Shown here piece by piece: positions 49,580 to 64,000 of a stretch of 64,000 nucleotides of DNA. Position 1 is the stretch's first letter, and each line of letters starts with the position of its first letter. Source of the stretch: Octopus vulgaris (lineage: Eukaryota); assembly GCA_951406725.2 (NCBI GenBank), contig OX597820.1, forward strand, positions 77,128,001-77,192,000, in the 5' to 3' direction. A program made the position numbers and the translations under genes. A model generated the notes under the pieces. The model was given only the letters and a program-made list of their open reading frames with translations. It ran no database searches and was not told where the DNA came from.

Positions 49580-50880
49580 GCTCTTTGTAAAGGAGGGCGT
49601 TCGACACTGCTGCCCTCTTTTGAGTTTCCTTCTTCAATACAGGTTCATTGGATAACAAGAGATCAAGTTGTTTCTTGAAAATATCTACGCTAATCCATGA
49701 AGATCACCCAGATCCTTTCGCAAAGCATTAAATAGCTGTGGGTATCGGAGTTCCAAGCCATTCAAGTACGTGTCCGTCACTCCAAATGGGATAGCTCGGT
49801 GCTTTGGAACAGTGCAAACACGCCCATTTTATGAAGCTGGTACGGATTTCGATACGAAGGTTTGGGATTGCGGCCCCAGGATCTTCCATACGTATATCAT
49901 TGCCTACCTCTCTCGTTTTCATTCCAAGGAGTAGATTCGTAGTGCTTTGAGTTTTTTCTAGTAGCTCAGCTATGGCCTCAAGTTATGCTATCCATTTGTC
50001 AATGAAGGGTAACCACAGTTGAGAGCAATAATTTAGACGTAGGTATACAAATATGTCCTGCATAGAACCAGCATAGTTTTCTGGTTCCTTTCTCTGATAT
50101 GTCTCACAATTCATCCGGCGATTTGCCTGTCCATTTCCACCATCTTGCCGTACATGAAACGAGGTATCATTGCTCATATCAATCCCCAGGCCACGCATTG
50201 TGCATTACTCTGTGATTGTCACACCTTATGGTCCAAAGTACCGTAATTGTGACTTGTGAACACTAATTAACTGTAGAATTTACCTGCATTAAATTACATG
50301 TTGTTTTCTTCAGCCCATTTATATACGGTATTTAGATCTATTTGTAGAATATTAGCATCAGAAGGTTCCTTGGCAGCTTGCACTGCGTATGTGTGGTCGG
50401 CATCGCTGGTGAGTGTGGTTGTCTGTGTAACTGATGGCATGTATCAAAGAGCCACCACGAACGGTAGCGAGCCCAATACAGTTCCCTGATCACTACAGTC
50501 GCTATTAATGTTTGTCTCCTTAGGGAGGCCCCCATTGGCTGCTACGGCCTGGCTTCTGTCATTTAAGGAGTCATGCAACCAGTCTCCCAGATTCCCGACG
50601 ATGCCGAGTCTCCGTAGCTTGTGACATATCAACTCGTGACCAATCTCCTCAAAGGCCTTTACGAAATCGAGATGTATCACATCCACATTTGAGCAATTCA
50701 TTGTTTCAGCACCCGATCATAATACTTCTTGAGCGGAAGCCATGCTGTGTGTCAGGGAGAAAGTTTTTAAATTCATGGAACGCAATCACTTTCCACCTAA
50801 CAATGCCTTCCATCATTTTGCTTACGTGTTAATTTAAAGAATTTTAACATCTGCTCTGCTACCTCCCTTGTGGATAGAAC
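49580..50880 (-). mobile_element. Old, degraded CR1/L2-group LINE RT and C-terminus, related to the 2.9-3.3 kb element
   Basis: QHGF, VDVIHLDFVKAF, QGTVLGSLPF, RGLGI and LNYCSQLW, plus FKKQLDLLL..KKETQKRAAVSN near the 3' end. Confidence 0.75.
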
Positions 50881-53670
50881 ATATTTTACTTCTCGTTAGC
50901 ATACATACGTGCAGCTATTGGGAATTAATTTCAAATTCTCATTACTTAAAACGTTGGATCTCTCATCGATAGATGTCTTCTTGTAACTCTTTCATTCTCA
51001 GAGGATAGATGCGAAATTGCTATCAAATGCTTCTTAACATTTATCCGTAGCAAACAGAGTTCAATAAATCAGGAATTTAATTCTCGTGCTATTTAATATA
51101 CGGGGAATCATCGCCTTTCAGTTCGAAAATGTTGGACGCTGTGTTAGAAATCTCTGCTCATTTCTTTGATAATAATATTCCAATTAGAAAAAATATAGTA
51201 GGTTCTCAAAATTTCTCAATTTATGAAAACGGCTATGAAAGCCTATTGAAGCTTTCACTGAAGAGCATTTTCTTCACGAGGAATTGCTCATTCTATATAT
51301 AAAATTAAAACTAAGTCGTTTCACGAAAATTAGAAATTTCCACTCGTAGTTATTGATATGATACATTTCTAATTACGCGTTCGTATAATCACACATACAC
51401 ACACATATATGAATATATATATATATATATATATATATAAAGCATATACGCATGATTATACATATGCATGTATATACATATTCTTTTCTTCTTTTAGTTG
51501 TTTTAATCATTTGAATGCGGCCATGCTGGAGCACCGCCTTTAGACGAGCAAATCTACCCCAGGACTTATTCTATCGGTCTATACATTTTACCCTTCCAAC
51601 TGTATTAGATATTTTCCCACGGTAAATAGTGGTCTCCTCAAGTCCTGGGATCGTTTACATCGTCCCCAGGACTTAACTGAGAATTATTTAATCGATCCAA
51701 CTCCACCCCAAATGATAAAATGCAAAGCCGACCCTGCTGGATTTTTAATTCAGAACGGTCGAACCGTGCCTACTTCAACTCGCTATTACTATACCGAGAG
51801 TGCTTCGCAAAACCTGTAGACATTTGAAAAAAGTCCTCTCGTATGTAACTACAATTTGTTTGTTACAGAATCCATATTCTATTTTGTTCAATTTTGTCTT
51901 ACACTCTTCAAAAATCTCTAAAAACTGTATTGATGAAACAATGTAGCAGATTTGTACGACTCTATTTTCCTTCATAATAATGGCTTTAATGACATTCTCA
52001 TGTGTACCTTTATCTTCTCCATGCAAATGCTGACGCAAAATATAGCACAGTTATATATTATAATCGATTTAACGAAATTTTCTCTCCCTCCAAATTTCTC
52101 GTCACGTGATACATATTAAAAAAATAGTATTACTTGTTTAATTGTCATAGTTGTAAATTACGTCAGACAGATACTCTGAGATGCGTCGCCAGTGAAGTTC
52201 CTGAGAATTTACGTGCTTTCGGGCCTTTGGTATCAGTTTCTCGCTGAGTTGACTCAACTTCGATTGATAAAGTCGCAACTAGCATCCCAATGACGACAGA
52301 CCTCAGACATAGTAAGCTTCTCAAATTTCATCAAACGGGTGACCGCATGGAAACTGGCAATACACAGAAGGTACACACTGAGGAAACTCATGAGAGTAAA
52401 CTAGTTAGATACCATTGCACCAGGTGAGCTGGCAGTCACATTGACGGAGACAATTTAAGTGCATTTTGTGTGTCAAAGTTCTGACTCTGCTTAGAGTTCT
52501 AGTGCAACAAAAAGAAGAGTACTAAATTCCACCATTTAAGCTGCTGATAAGGCCGCATACTGATTTATTATCGAAATTCAGATAACAGCATATAAATTCA
52601 TATATTACAGAAAATCTCTTCTATCTTGTGTTGAGTAAGTCATTTGACATCTAATGGAAAATTAACACCTGATTCTGCATTAGATTAATGACTATTTTAA
52701 ATTCTTTGTCTTTAGCATTGATATTTAAACACGTTTATGTGTATAGAAAATCATGTGCCTCTTTTGATGTATGCGTATATGTATGTACGCATGCCATTAG
52801 TTGTGTGCGCGAGTGTTAATGTAATGTAGATGTGTGAGGTTTTGCTTGTCTCTGTATCATTTCACACGAATAAGATACTGCTCGTTGATTGTATCCACAT
52901 ACTATAAACTTGAAACAGATTACATCGGAAATAGTTTTCCAGTTTGCGTTTGTTTGGGAAACAATTCTGTGTATTTTGAATATGATTCTAATTAGAATTT
53001 CGTGTTTATCTTCTGTTTTATCGATTTACAATGAATAAAAATGACAAGTACAAATGATGAGAAAAAACAAATCGCAGTATGAATAAATAGATAATGAAAA
53101 GCGGCGAATAAAATTGTTATCTCTGCGAAGTTGTTTAGGACGTGACGTATAAACAAAAGATTTTGAAACTGATAAGGATGATCCGTGATTATTTACCTCT
53201 TCTTTGCTCAAAATAAATAAAATAAAGAAAAAAAGAAAAACAGAAAAGTAAAGAAAGAAGAAACAATAAACAAATAACCGAGATGAAGAGACGCTATACG
53301 TGTGCTTATGAGTGATTTTTCCATGATGTTCAGAGAAAATTAAAGAGAGTGTCGGCTCGTGTGAGTGTTGTAGACATATGAATGCAGGCAATTCACTCCA
53401 AAACCACAAACACACGCATACACGTTAATATTCTTTTATTTTATGGCTTGTTCTAGTCATTGGATTGCGGCCATCTTGGGGCATCGCCTTAGGAAGAAAT
53501 CGATATCAGTACATTTTATTATGTAGCTTATACTACCGACATCTTTTGACAAAGGACTAATTTACGGGGGCATTAACAGGCAAACGCCGTTTCTGAAGGG
53601 AGCAATTAATACCAACAGAAATATATACTCTAACACAAAGGTTCACACAATCAGAAATCCGAACCCTTAC

Positions 53671-53761
<91 letters not shown>

Positions 53762-53830
53762 CTATATATGTATGTATATATGTATGTATCTATATATGTA
53801 TATATATATGTATGTATCTATATATGTATA

Positions 53831-53968
<138 letters not shown>

Positions 53969-54197
53969 TAAATGTCTTACAGCTTCTTCCGAGATATTTT
54001 ATACCCTTTTGTTATCTCTGTATGTACCCAATGCATTCAAATCAAATCAAAGTTCAAGTAATACTCTGAGATGCCAGGAGTGTCGACATGTCAATTTTGG
54101 GGATTGAAACAATGCAACATTGACAATGATTCCGTATGACGTCTCAATACACGAATAATAAAAGTGAAACCTTCGACGGTGTAACAGATATAAACAG

Positions 54198-54305
54198 TCT
54201 CACTTTTAATAGCTTCACTTTTAATCGTTTCGCTTTTACTACATTTACTTATAATAGTTTCACTTTTAATAGTTTCAATTTTATTTTCAGTTTTAATGCT
54301 TTCAC
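54198..54305. repeat. 15-bp minisatellite (TCACTTTTAATAGTT-like)
   Basis: About 6-7 degenerate units, giving the SETIK repeats in ORF 54091-54312. Confidence 0.7.
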
Positions 54306-54359
54306 TATACATGTATGTGTGTGTGTGTATGTATATATAGCTATATATATATGTGTGTG

Positions 54360-54395
<36 letters not shown>

Positions 54396-54556
54396 CATGT
54401 ATGTATATATGTGTATATATATTTATTTATATATATATATATGTATATGTAAATGTGTATCTATGTCTATATATGTACATATATAATATATGTATATAAT
54501 CAATAAATATCTACATATCTATATACATATATATATATGTGTGTGTATATACATAT

Positions 54557-54635
<79 letters not shown>

Positions 54636-54638
54636 TAC

Positions 54639-54674
<36 letters not shown>

Positions 54675-54927
54675 CAGTGCGTTTGATAATTAATGGCCCT
54701 GTGTTTATGATTTCGTTCCCAGCGATGCGGAAAAAGACATGGATAGAATAAGTACTAGGCTTACAAAGAATGAATCCTGGAGTCGACTAAAGGCGGTGCT
54801 CCAGCATGACCGCATTTATGACTGAAAGAATTTAAACAATAAAAATCTATCCCATGTAAATCCCAAGCAAAACTGGATATCGGTTACTACAATAATAAAA
54901 TTGAATCATTCGACGGTGCAGCATATA

Positions 54928-54974
<47 letters not shown>

Positions 54975-55989
54975 CTGCACAACGTGAGAAAGCATACACT
55001 GGAGACTTTCAGATATTGAATATTTAATTCTAATTACATAGATATTCATATTAATAGATCCAACTTATACAGACTGCAAGTGACAGGGAAATTTAAATGG
55101 ATGATAGATAGGTATTATATGTCCAGCCACTGAGATCCATCATAATGTTAAATGTAGTTCAAAACCATATGTCGTTGTAATGGAAGCATTTGACATGAGA
55201 TACGACGAGCCTCCGTTATTAGGGTAGAAAAGATCTAAAATTTCAGATGTTAATGCAAAAAAGCTCCATCTTTGAAACACCAATTGAGATTTAATTCTTA
55301 GTTCCTTAGTTAAATTTTATTTGAGTTACACTGACGACAAATTTTTTTTTTAAATGTGTCCCTGGAAACCATTCGTTTCTTCAAGCCTAAAACCTAACTG
55401 AAAGTGCAAATTAAAATATATTTCAGCTTTTAAACACTCCGAGTGGCGCCGAGCTTTCAGTAACATTTGATTGCAAAATTACAAACAGGCTATAAATCTG
55501 ATCTTGTCAAGGAAGTCATTAAATGCCTACAAAACTAATTGCACTGTGTGATTCTGAAAGAAAAAAACTAACATTTTTAATTACAATCGAAGCATAATTA
55601 AATTTACCCAAAAGAATCTGCTGAAATACATCCACCCATCCGTACATACATGAACATACATAAATACACACATACCCACACAGATACATACATACATACA
55701 TATGCGTTTGTGTGTGTGTGTTTGTGTGCACACATACCTCTGTGCGCCTGTATGTGTGTGTATGTGTAAGCATGTGTGTGTATATTTGTAAATATACATA
55801 CACACGCACACATACACACACACGAATATATTTTCTAAGCAACTGAAGCAGAAATGAACGAAATATACACCTGTGTACATTGCTTAATCTATATACATAG
55901 TACGTCTTTAGAAATCCTATATATATACATATGTACGCATGCATGTATGTGTGTATATGTATGTGTGTGTATATATATATATATATACA

Positions 55990-56367
55990 CACCCCGGCAG
56001 AAACTAAGGCTGCAATTTAAGGACTGTTTCAAGTTCACACTAACGGCCTGTGGTACGCAGGAGACCGATTCGTACAGCAATGCCTCTCATCGCTACATAT
56101 GGATGACACAGGTTAAGGAGGGGTCAACAACTTTGAGAGAGCATGTATTCTGCATGATCTATCTAAGCGTGCTGCTCGAAAGCGCACTAATTTCATAGTG
56201 AATCGGGAAATCTTGGTTTGCAATGTTTGCGGTCGTGTATGCTTGCCAAGAGCAGGGCTCATTAGCCACCAACGGAGGCGCAACTGCAAAGTTTAAGTTA
56301 GTCCTAGAGCGCACTATGTTCCTTAAAATTAGCAATACTTTTCCTCCGTCACGAGTGGAAAGCCATC

Positions 56368-56368
<1 letters not shown>
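55990..56368 (+). mobile_element. 3' end of an RTE-clade LINE with a terminal C2H2-type zinc finger
   Basis: QKLRLQFKDCFK..ASHRYIW..VKEG, a frameshift, then KRAARKR..LVCNVCGRVCLPRAGLISHQR. Confidence 0.75.
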
Positions 56369-56459
<91 letters not shown>

Positions 56460-56849
56460 GTTAGTTGAGAGGTACGTATTGTCTGGGCGGATACTGTGGT
56501 AGTTCCCAGGTGTGTTTCAAGATACGGCTAACCGTTTCGATTAGTATTTAACGTCTATGAATTAAGGGTCCTTGAAACTGTAAACTCTTCCGATGAGTAA
56601 TACCGTGTTCGCGTCCCTGGTGTGTATATGACCACTAATTATTACAAAACTAAATATAGAGACTGGTAGATACTTTACATTTTCATACATTATATTTTAT
56701 TGATACAGAAATATATTGCATAAAATTATAATGTAAACGGAAATATATAGTGTCTTGCAGATAAACTGAGACAGTATTTACTATGCATAAAGCTGTTTAT
56801 GAATACTAAAATAATGGTAGTAGACAGATATAATTTTAATATAACATTT

Positions 56850-57890
56850 AGTACAAATAAAATATTTATGACGCAATATGGCGACCCATTTAGGCAATTA
56901 TCGTCTCCACACAAGAACGAAAATTTTTACAGGAGCCGCAACCTTTGTTCTCTTGATTTTGCATGTTGTCTGTATGATGCAGGTCTTCAAACTGTTGATA
57001 CGTGGGTGTGGGTGTGTGCAGCATTTCTTGGTGTACGCCCCGCAAAATGTAATCAAGAAGGTTGAGATCTGGGCAATTACTGGGCCAGAGGTTGCCCTTA
57101 CCAAAAATGGCACCTTCTCACTAAATAACGCTTGTATTGCTTTTGGCCCATGGCATGTTGAAGAATCCTGGATAAGCACCACATTGTCAAGCCCAAGCTT
57201 ATGTTCCATCCAAGGTAACAGAGAGTTATTCAGGATGTCCAGATACTCCTTGGTGCCGATCATCAAGCCAGACTAAATGAAGTGTGGGTCCATGACACTT
57301 TCATTACTCGTCATAGCTCCAAATACAAGCACAGAAGCAGGACTCTGAGTCTCAAACACATAGAGGATATCAGAGAGGTTGTATGGTATCACTCGAGAAT
57401 TTCTGCGGATCATCTCCGCATCCACAGTGAAATTCTTCTCGTCAACAAAAACAAGAGTTGATGAATGATAAAAGCTTTGGGCATTTCTCGGCTCTTATGC
57501 CTATAAGGAGGTGATGGTATGGTCGATGATTATAAGGATGGCTATAAGGATGGTGTGGACGAACATAGCAAGTCATACTAAGGTTCCTGTTCAAATCTCT
57601 GAACACTGTGGCAAGGGGCATATTGCGTTTCGTTGCAAGAGTTGTCATGGATGTGAAGGGGTTGGCTTCAATCAAGCGTTTGAAGCCAACGGAAATCTTT
57701 GGATTGCCTTGTGTTCTTTTCTATCATTCTCACCGTTGTCTTTAATATTTTAATACTCACTAATACTTTTGGAAGTATCCTCAACTTAAAAATTTTACTG
57801 GCAGTGTGCCCGGTGCGCGCCAAAAGAACGATGGCGTCACGATCCTGTTGTCCATGATTTTTTTGTTGTCGAATCAGTTCGCTATTTACC
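56850..57890 (-). mobile_element. Tc1/mariner-superfamily transposase pseudogene, DD37D (maT-like) type
   Basis: FVDEKNFTVD..RRNSR, VLVFGAM, EYLDIL..LLPW and LIQDSSTCH, then LWPSNCPDLNLLDY after a frameshift. Correcting one base gives 37 residues between the 2nd and 3rd Asp. Confidence 0.75.
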
Positions 57891-57943
57891 TGAAAAATAA
57901 AGATTAGATTTTCAAGCAAGCAATATTTTGTCGAAACATGTTT

Positions 57944-58031
<88 letters not shown>

Positions 58032-60106
58032 CACATATATATGTAAAGATAGATAGATAAGTAGATAGATAAAAAATGTATACTCATACATACATACTAA
58101 ACTGTTGAGAAATCTCAGTTACTCTATCCAGATTACAAGTTCACCAGGTTTATACTTGAGATATGTAATACACTGCCTACATACTAATCTTGAGATATTA
58201 GGCTTCTTAGAACGAGAATGAAGAAAGTTAATTCGGCGACTACAAATCCAATACATCACTGTAAATATTAAAATCTGTTAAAATTTCCAGAAGTTTATCA
58301 ATTAAATATATATGAGCCTGATTAGATATGCCACTATATGAAGGAGAATACATACATAAAACAAAACATGCAAATCTGCACATATACATACATACAAGCA
58401 TAAATAGACTGATGCTGACGTTGAAATTCCATTGAAGGAGACTTTGATCTGGGTTAGAAACAGGCACTTTCTGTATTGGCAAGAAATCTTAAAAAAAAAA
58501 AATGAACAACGACATACAACCTACATACATATATAGACATATATACATACATGCTTTCATACATACATATAAAAAAAAAAGAAAGTATTCCTAACACGGT
58601 TAAAAATATCGAAAACTTTTGAAAATACACAAAACTACACTGAGCTAGGAAGACGGGGTACTATGCTGCAAGTGTCTTGCCTCTGTTTCCCCTCGGATGT
58701 AAGTCACTTGCGGCATAGCTCCAGGTTTTTCTATCTCACTTTATTTTGAATGGAAAGTATGTGAAACCAATTGAGCCTTTGGAAATAAACCGTCTAAAAT
58801 AATCGCATTGCATTTTCAGTTTCTGTTTTTCTATTCATATGGCTACACCCCCCACACCCACACACGCACACACACATATATATATATATATATATTGGCG
58901 TGAGTGTGTGGGCGTATTTATATATATACACATATAGACATTCAAATAAATATATATATATATACCCCTGTATGTCCAGAATGTGAACATTGGAAACAAG
59001 AGGTATGTACAATATTTTATGTACTACATACTTGAATGTTTCTCGCTGAGATTCAGTATATTAGCTGGACTTATAATGAAACCAATGGTCTACTAGAAGC
59101 TTTCTACGATATTTGCAGTTATGTTTATCCATATCTGTAATAGAAAGGAGTAATTTCATAATGCCAATGTTTACACACCATTATTTGCTGGAAGCACAAA
59201 TATTTACAAGTTGGATGAACGACGGAGAAAATATATATTGAATTCTTCTAAAGTCAACAAAAGTTTCACATGAAAACTTACAATGTTTATCAAAAGTACT
59301 ATTCCTTCCTTGGCTCATAAAATATAATATACCTTCCTTGGCCTTGACAATAGAATTCCAAAATCAGATGATTTAGTAGTCTTGACGCAAATAGCAGGTG
59401 ATTTGCTCCCTCTAGCGATACAAACACGTGTGCTCATATGTACCACAAGTCCATTTGAGAGGTTCTCTTAAAGCAGTAGTTTGTCTTCTAATACAACCAA
59501 TTTTAAGGGGGGATAAATATTAATTTCTGACATTAATAATGCTTCTGTAACTATTAATTATGTGTGTGTGTAAATGAATATATATGTATGTAGATATATA
59601 TACATATATAGTAAATAAATATTCGTCTATATATTTATACACTCAAAAACACACGCATAAATATCATAGGCACACATTTCCAGTAATTAGCAGCAACCAG
59701 ACAGACTATTAAATAAACGTATATTCAGGAATATTAGAGCTGTCAAGTAGATGGTAATCTGAAATACAATTTTATTCAAGAAACCTTACACATATACATC
59801 TATGTTTGAAGCTGGAGTTGATTATTCAAAAAAGAAATTAAATTTTGGTGTTTCAGATATAGAAAGCTATGAAATACATTACCTATAACAAAATATTGGC
59901 GCTTTCAATACCGTTGCAGACTTAATAATATAATGCTACTTAAAGATGTTAAATATTAAAATATTGACGAAGTCATAAATGGCATTTATCATCAGCAATG
60001 TATAAGACACCCATATATACGTGCGTCGTTTGTTTGGAAGTGTATTTTTCTTTGTGTATATAAATACAGACATACATAGATAAATACATACATGCACACA
60101 CACATA

Positions 60107-60186
<80 letters not shown>

Positions 60187-61127
60187 GATTCACTCACGCA
60201 CATACATAGACACCTATTGGTCGACCGTGACATCAAATCATGACATCTCAGGAAATTATTGGCCTATTGAATTACACATGTCCGCACATTATGTTTGGAA
60301 CTACTTAACGCTGAACGAATTGCATAACACTTCTGACATAGAATAAAGATATTCTACATTCCTAGTTAAATTACCTTTATATATATACACACACACACAC
60401 ACTCACTTATAAATGAATAAAGGTGAAGAAAGGACAATAATATAATATATATATATATATATATATTTGATTCCATCACAATTTTAGTAACTTTCGAAAG
60501 AACTTGATAATTTTGTTTTTATATAGTATGTCTCGAAGCACACACACATAATACTATAATTACTAATATATAAATTATTGGGTTGGAAAATACTTTCTGA
60601 CTTAAAGAATAATCGGGTTGTTCTCAATCGAAAATAGTATTTATATATTGGTGCTTGAACGTTGACACATACTACTCCAAGAAACACACACACACACACA
60701 TGAGTACACATTGACGCACATGTACATCTATGAGTGTGTGTATGTGTGTATACTGGCTTTCCGTTTTGTCACACACCTAAGACATACGAAATCACAAACC
60801 ACCGTGTGTTAATCCCATTATCAACACAAAGAAAAAAACTTCAGCTTTCAGCCTATAAAACTATTTAAAATCCCAGCTCAGTATTTCTTTGGGTTCAATG
60901 TATTTTTTGTAGAACTTCCGGAAGTATTTCGACTCCCGCGTCTATAAAATTTCATGAGTTATATTTTAAATGATTGTCAAATAGTCTGCGTGTACATTAT
61001 TTGTGAATGTCCCCGTTTGCAGCCGGACCAGTGACGACCAATTCCATAAATTTAAATAAGTTTTTCTTTTTGATAAGTGACATTAAACTTGTATATGAGT
61101 ACATGCATGCGAATACATAAACTCAGA

Positions 61128-61440
61128 TACGTTTTGGTTACATTGGCCCTGGTCATAGCTAACTTAATAGCACCACCTGGAAAAGACATTTAGTAATGTA
61201 TTTTTATTGTTATTTCTAGGCACCATTGCCCATTCGATTAAAAAGTTGTTGTTTGCAGCAGTATATCCGGGTGTAGGTGGATTATCTGGAATTTGTTGCA
61301 GATATTCATCCCTGAACTTTTTGAAGGTTAAGAAATCTTTTTCCTCCTTTATATGTTTTAGAATAATATTAAAAAGAGTAGGTCCAGTTGAGAAGAGGTA
61401 GTTCATTCTTAATGTTGTGATGTGCTGAGAGTACGAACAA
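61128..61440 (-). mobile_element. Short 3' end of the LINE family seen at 40588-41215
   Basis: GPTLFNII..FKKFRDEYLQQIPDNPPTPGYTAANNN.LIEWA and the shared 3' UTR. Confidence 0.85.
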
Positions 61441-62318
61441 TCTTACATACGGTGTTCTGAAATCTTATGTACATTGTTTCTAGGCTAAATAACTTTTTAC
61501 ATTTCCAGATGTTAATGGTAAATAATTTTTTTTTTTAATCGAATACTCTATTCTATTACATTTTGTGCTTCGCTTTACAAAGATTTGAAAGCTAGCCTTG
61601 TATCCAGCCTTATATTTGCTTAGATTTTGCAGGGTGTGTAATTCAAGATGTTTCACAAAGAAATTCCCTTGGATTTCCCAGGGAATTGTGTTTTGATATT
61701 TAGCCTAAAATTTGTCCTAGCATTAATATATGGCGTGCAATGCACCATATGATATTTCAGGATTCTATAAACTTCTAAGCGTATCACTCAGAATGGAAGA
61801 CTCCATATCAAGACAGTAACCCATCGTTGGAATGCATTGGATTATATAGCATACGACTCTGGATATATCTAACCCAACTACTTTTTCATGTATGCATGAA
61901 ATTGTAACTAACGATATAAACGCTACTGCTGAACAATGAAATGTATACCTCTTCATAGTGATTGCTTACAACTAAAACGATTGTTCATTCAAATTTGTTT
62001 CGTTACGATCAATAAACAACATTAAGTAGTTAAATGAAAGTTAGTAATTAAGCAAACAATTTGTGTTTAAGTGCTAATTTTATATTTGAATGTAGTCTAT
62101 TATACAGATAGTGTTTCCGTAAAAAAATACTAATGTACATTAAAATTGTAAACTTAAAAAGGTGCAGCTGTATGGTAAGCTGTTTTCTTACCAATCATAT
62201 GGTTCCGGGTTCAGCCCCTCTGCGTGGTACAATGGGTAAGTGCCTTCTACAATAGTCTCGGGACGAGGAAAACCTTGTGAGTGGATTTGGCAGTCGGAAA
62301 CTGAAAAAAGCTCGCCGT

Positions 62319-62383
<65 letters not shown>

Positions 62384-62437
62384 CGGATGGATGAATTGAT
62401 AGATAGACGGATGGATGAATTGATAGATAGCTGGATT

Positions 62438-62480
<43 letters not shown>

Positions 62481-64000
62481 GGATAGATGGGTAGATAGAT
62501 AGATAGATAGATAGATCTACGTACTTAACGTTTCAGAAGGCTGAATTGTCCCGCTGTTGCTGAAAATCTTTTACCGCTGAGTGAAGTAGAGCAAAGTAAA
62601 ATGAAATATACAGCTCAAGAAATAACCACACTGCCCAGCTCCGGAACCGAAACAACGCTGTATATATCGTGAGTTTAACACCGTAACCACTCATCCACGC
62701 GCATTCGCAAGCACACACACACGCACACAAACAAACAAACACACACGCATATCTAATTCCAAAATCGTTACATAGAATTATGATTTAGTTTGGTGTAATT
62801 CCTATATATAAACAAGATCATTTGAACATCCTTAACTGGTGTTTAAGTTTTTATTTTATACCTATATTCATGATTTGAAAGTATTAAAATTATCACGGCT
62901 GCAAGATTCTGTATTACAGATATGAAAATGTCACCTGATAAAATGTTTCCTTTTAACTTAATTGCCTAAAATTTACTCCCTTGCAAATGTCAAATGCAAC
63001 AATTTGGTTAGATTTCAGCGCAAATTAATATTTTAAACATGGCATACCTTTCTGATAATAGTGAAATTATTTCTCGATAGGAAAAATAAAAACTTAAAAA
63101 TACCTGCGCTGCGTAATTTCTTATGCTTGACGTATGGCAGACTTATAAAGATGTTCGTAATATTTACTTACATACAGTTATTTTAATATTTTTTGCATTT
63201 CAATAACATGAATTTGACAGTTAATTGGTTATTTATCTGTTTATAACGAGCTAAACTTGAGTTTACCTGCATATCTGACGGTAAGATTATCAAGGGAGTG
63301 TCTATTGAACTTACGCATAATAAATATCACTACATATCTTTGGACGAATATGCTGCATAATTTTATTTTAATGCTATGACGTGAGACGGAATATATCAAG
63401 GGATTTTGCCAAACACGCTATGTCTAGTCAGTTAAATAGTAAAGTGGTAAATACAATGTAGAATACTAGAAAATAAGTTAAAGAAGAATGGAGATTGAGA
63501 GTGGTGTATATAAAATACTGAAAATCACTGAAAAACACAATAGTCATAACGAAAAGAAATTCTACAGCTGGTGTACTGTTTTGAAAGAAAGGTTAATATT
63601 TCAAAATTTTAAGTGATAGTCTTAAATGGAATAAAATGATAAGAAATAAGTATTCATATTGATAAAATGGAAGATAAAATGGAAAATAAGAAAAGTGAAA
63701 GAAATTGGTAGTATTGAGGGCATACGAATAACATCTTAGGAATCATGAAAGGGAACGCAATATGATGGCTTACCCATGGGGTACATGAGAATGTAAAGGT
63801 ATTGAAAAAGATAATAAAGATTATGAAAGAAAGCATGAACTATGGAAACATGTGGGAATTTGCATTAGTTACACTTAAGGGCTCCACGTCACGATACACT
63901 CTAAAATTAATGCGCATTTAAATTATTCTTGACTCAAAATAAGTTATCGTAGTATAACTGCGAATATCTGGCTTTAAGAAAAGAGGAGAAGTCCAGTTTC

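Noticed and set aside
51775-52038. 87-aa ORF in unique sequence
   Set aside because: No recognisable domain or convincing splice context; length expected by chance.
54198-54305. Short regularly spaced repeats (also 22362-22430) as a CRISPR-like array
   Set aside because: They are tandem units without unique spacers, in a eukaryotic context with no cas genes.

Overview
AT-rich eukaryotic DNA packed with (TA)n, (TG)n, (AAT)n and (GATA)n microsatellites. The SINE families suggest an octopus (coleoid cephalopod) genome, which is an inference. No intact host protein-coding gene is visible, and most ORFs in the track are microsatellite read-throughs. The window is intronic or intergenic and filled with retroelement debris. 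This includes CR1/L2-group LINEs (two with CCCH-zinc-finger ORF1s, one also with a Myb/SANT-like domain), R4/Dong-like elements inside (TAA)n tracts, Penelope-like elements (GIY-YIG and RT remnants), an RTE 3' end, Tx1/L1-clade pieces, mariner and DD37D transposase remnants, and three tRNA-derived SINE families. Two things stand out. (1) Small non-coding elements carry type I hammerhead ribozyme motifs. One motif is canonical (9998-10042), in a ~354-bp terminally redundant retrozyme-like unit, and several more lie in fold-back elements and a tRNA-headed SINE. (2) Two diverged Tx1-like elements with matching 5' ends are stacked at the same site in a SINE tRNA head. The first is ORF1-only and has a 14-bp target-site duplication. 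SINEs with a similar Tx1-like tail are nested in the heads of another SINE family, suggesting SINE-targeted retrotransposition. All calls come from manual reading, and repeat boundaries are approximate unless exact motifs are quoted.
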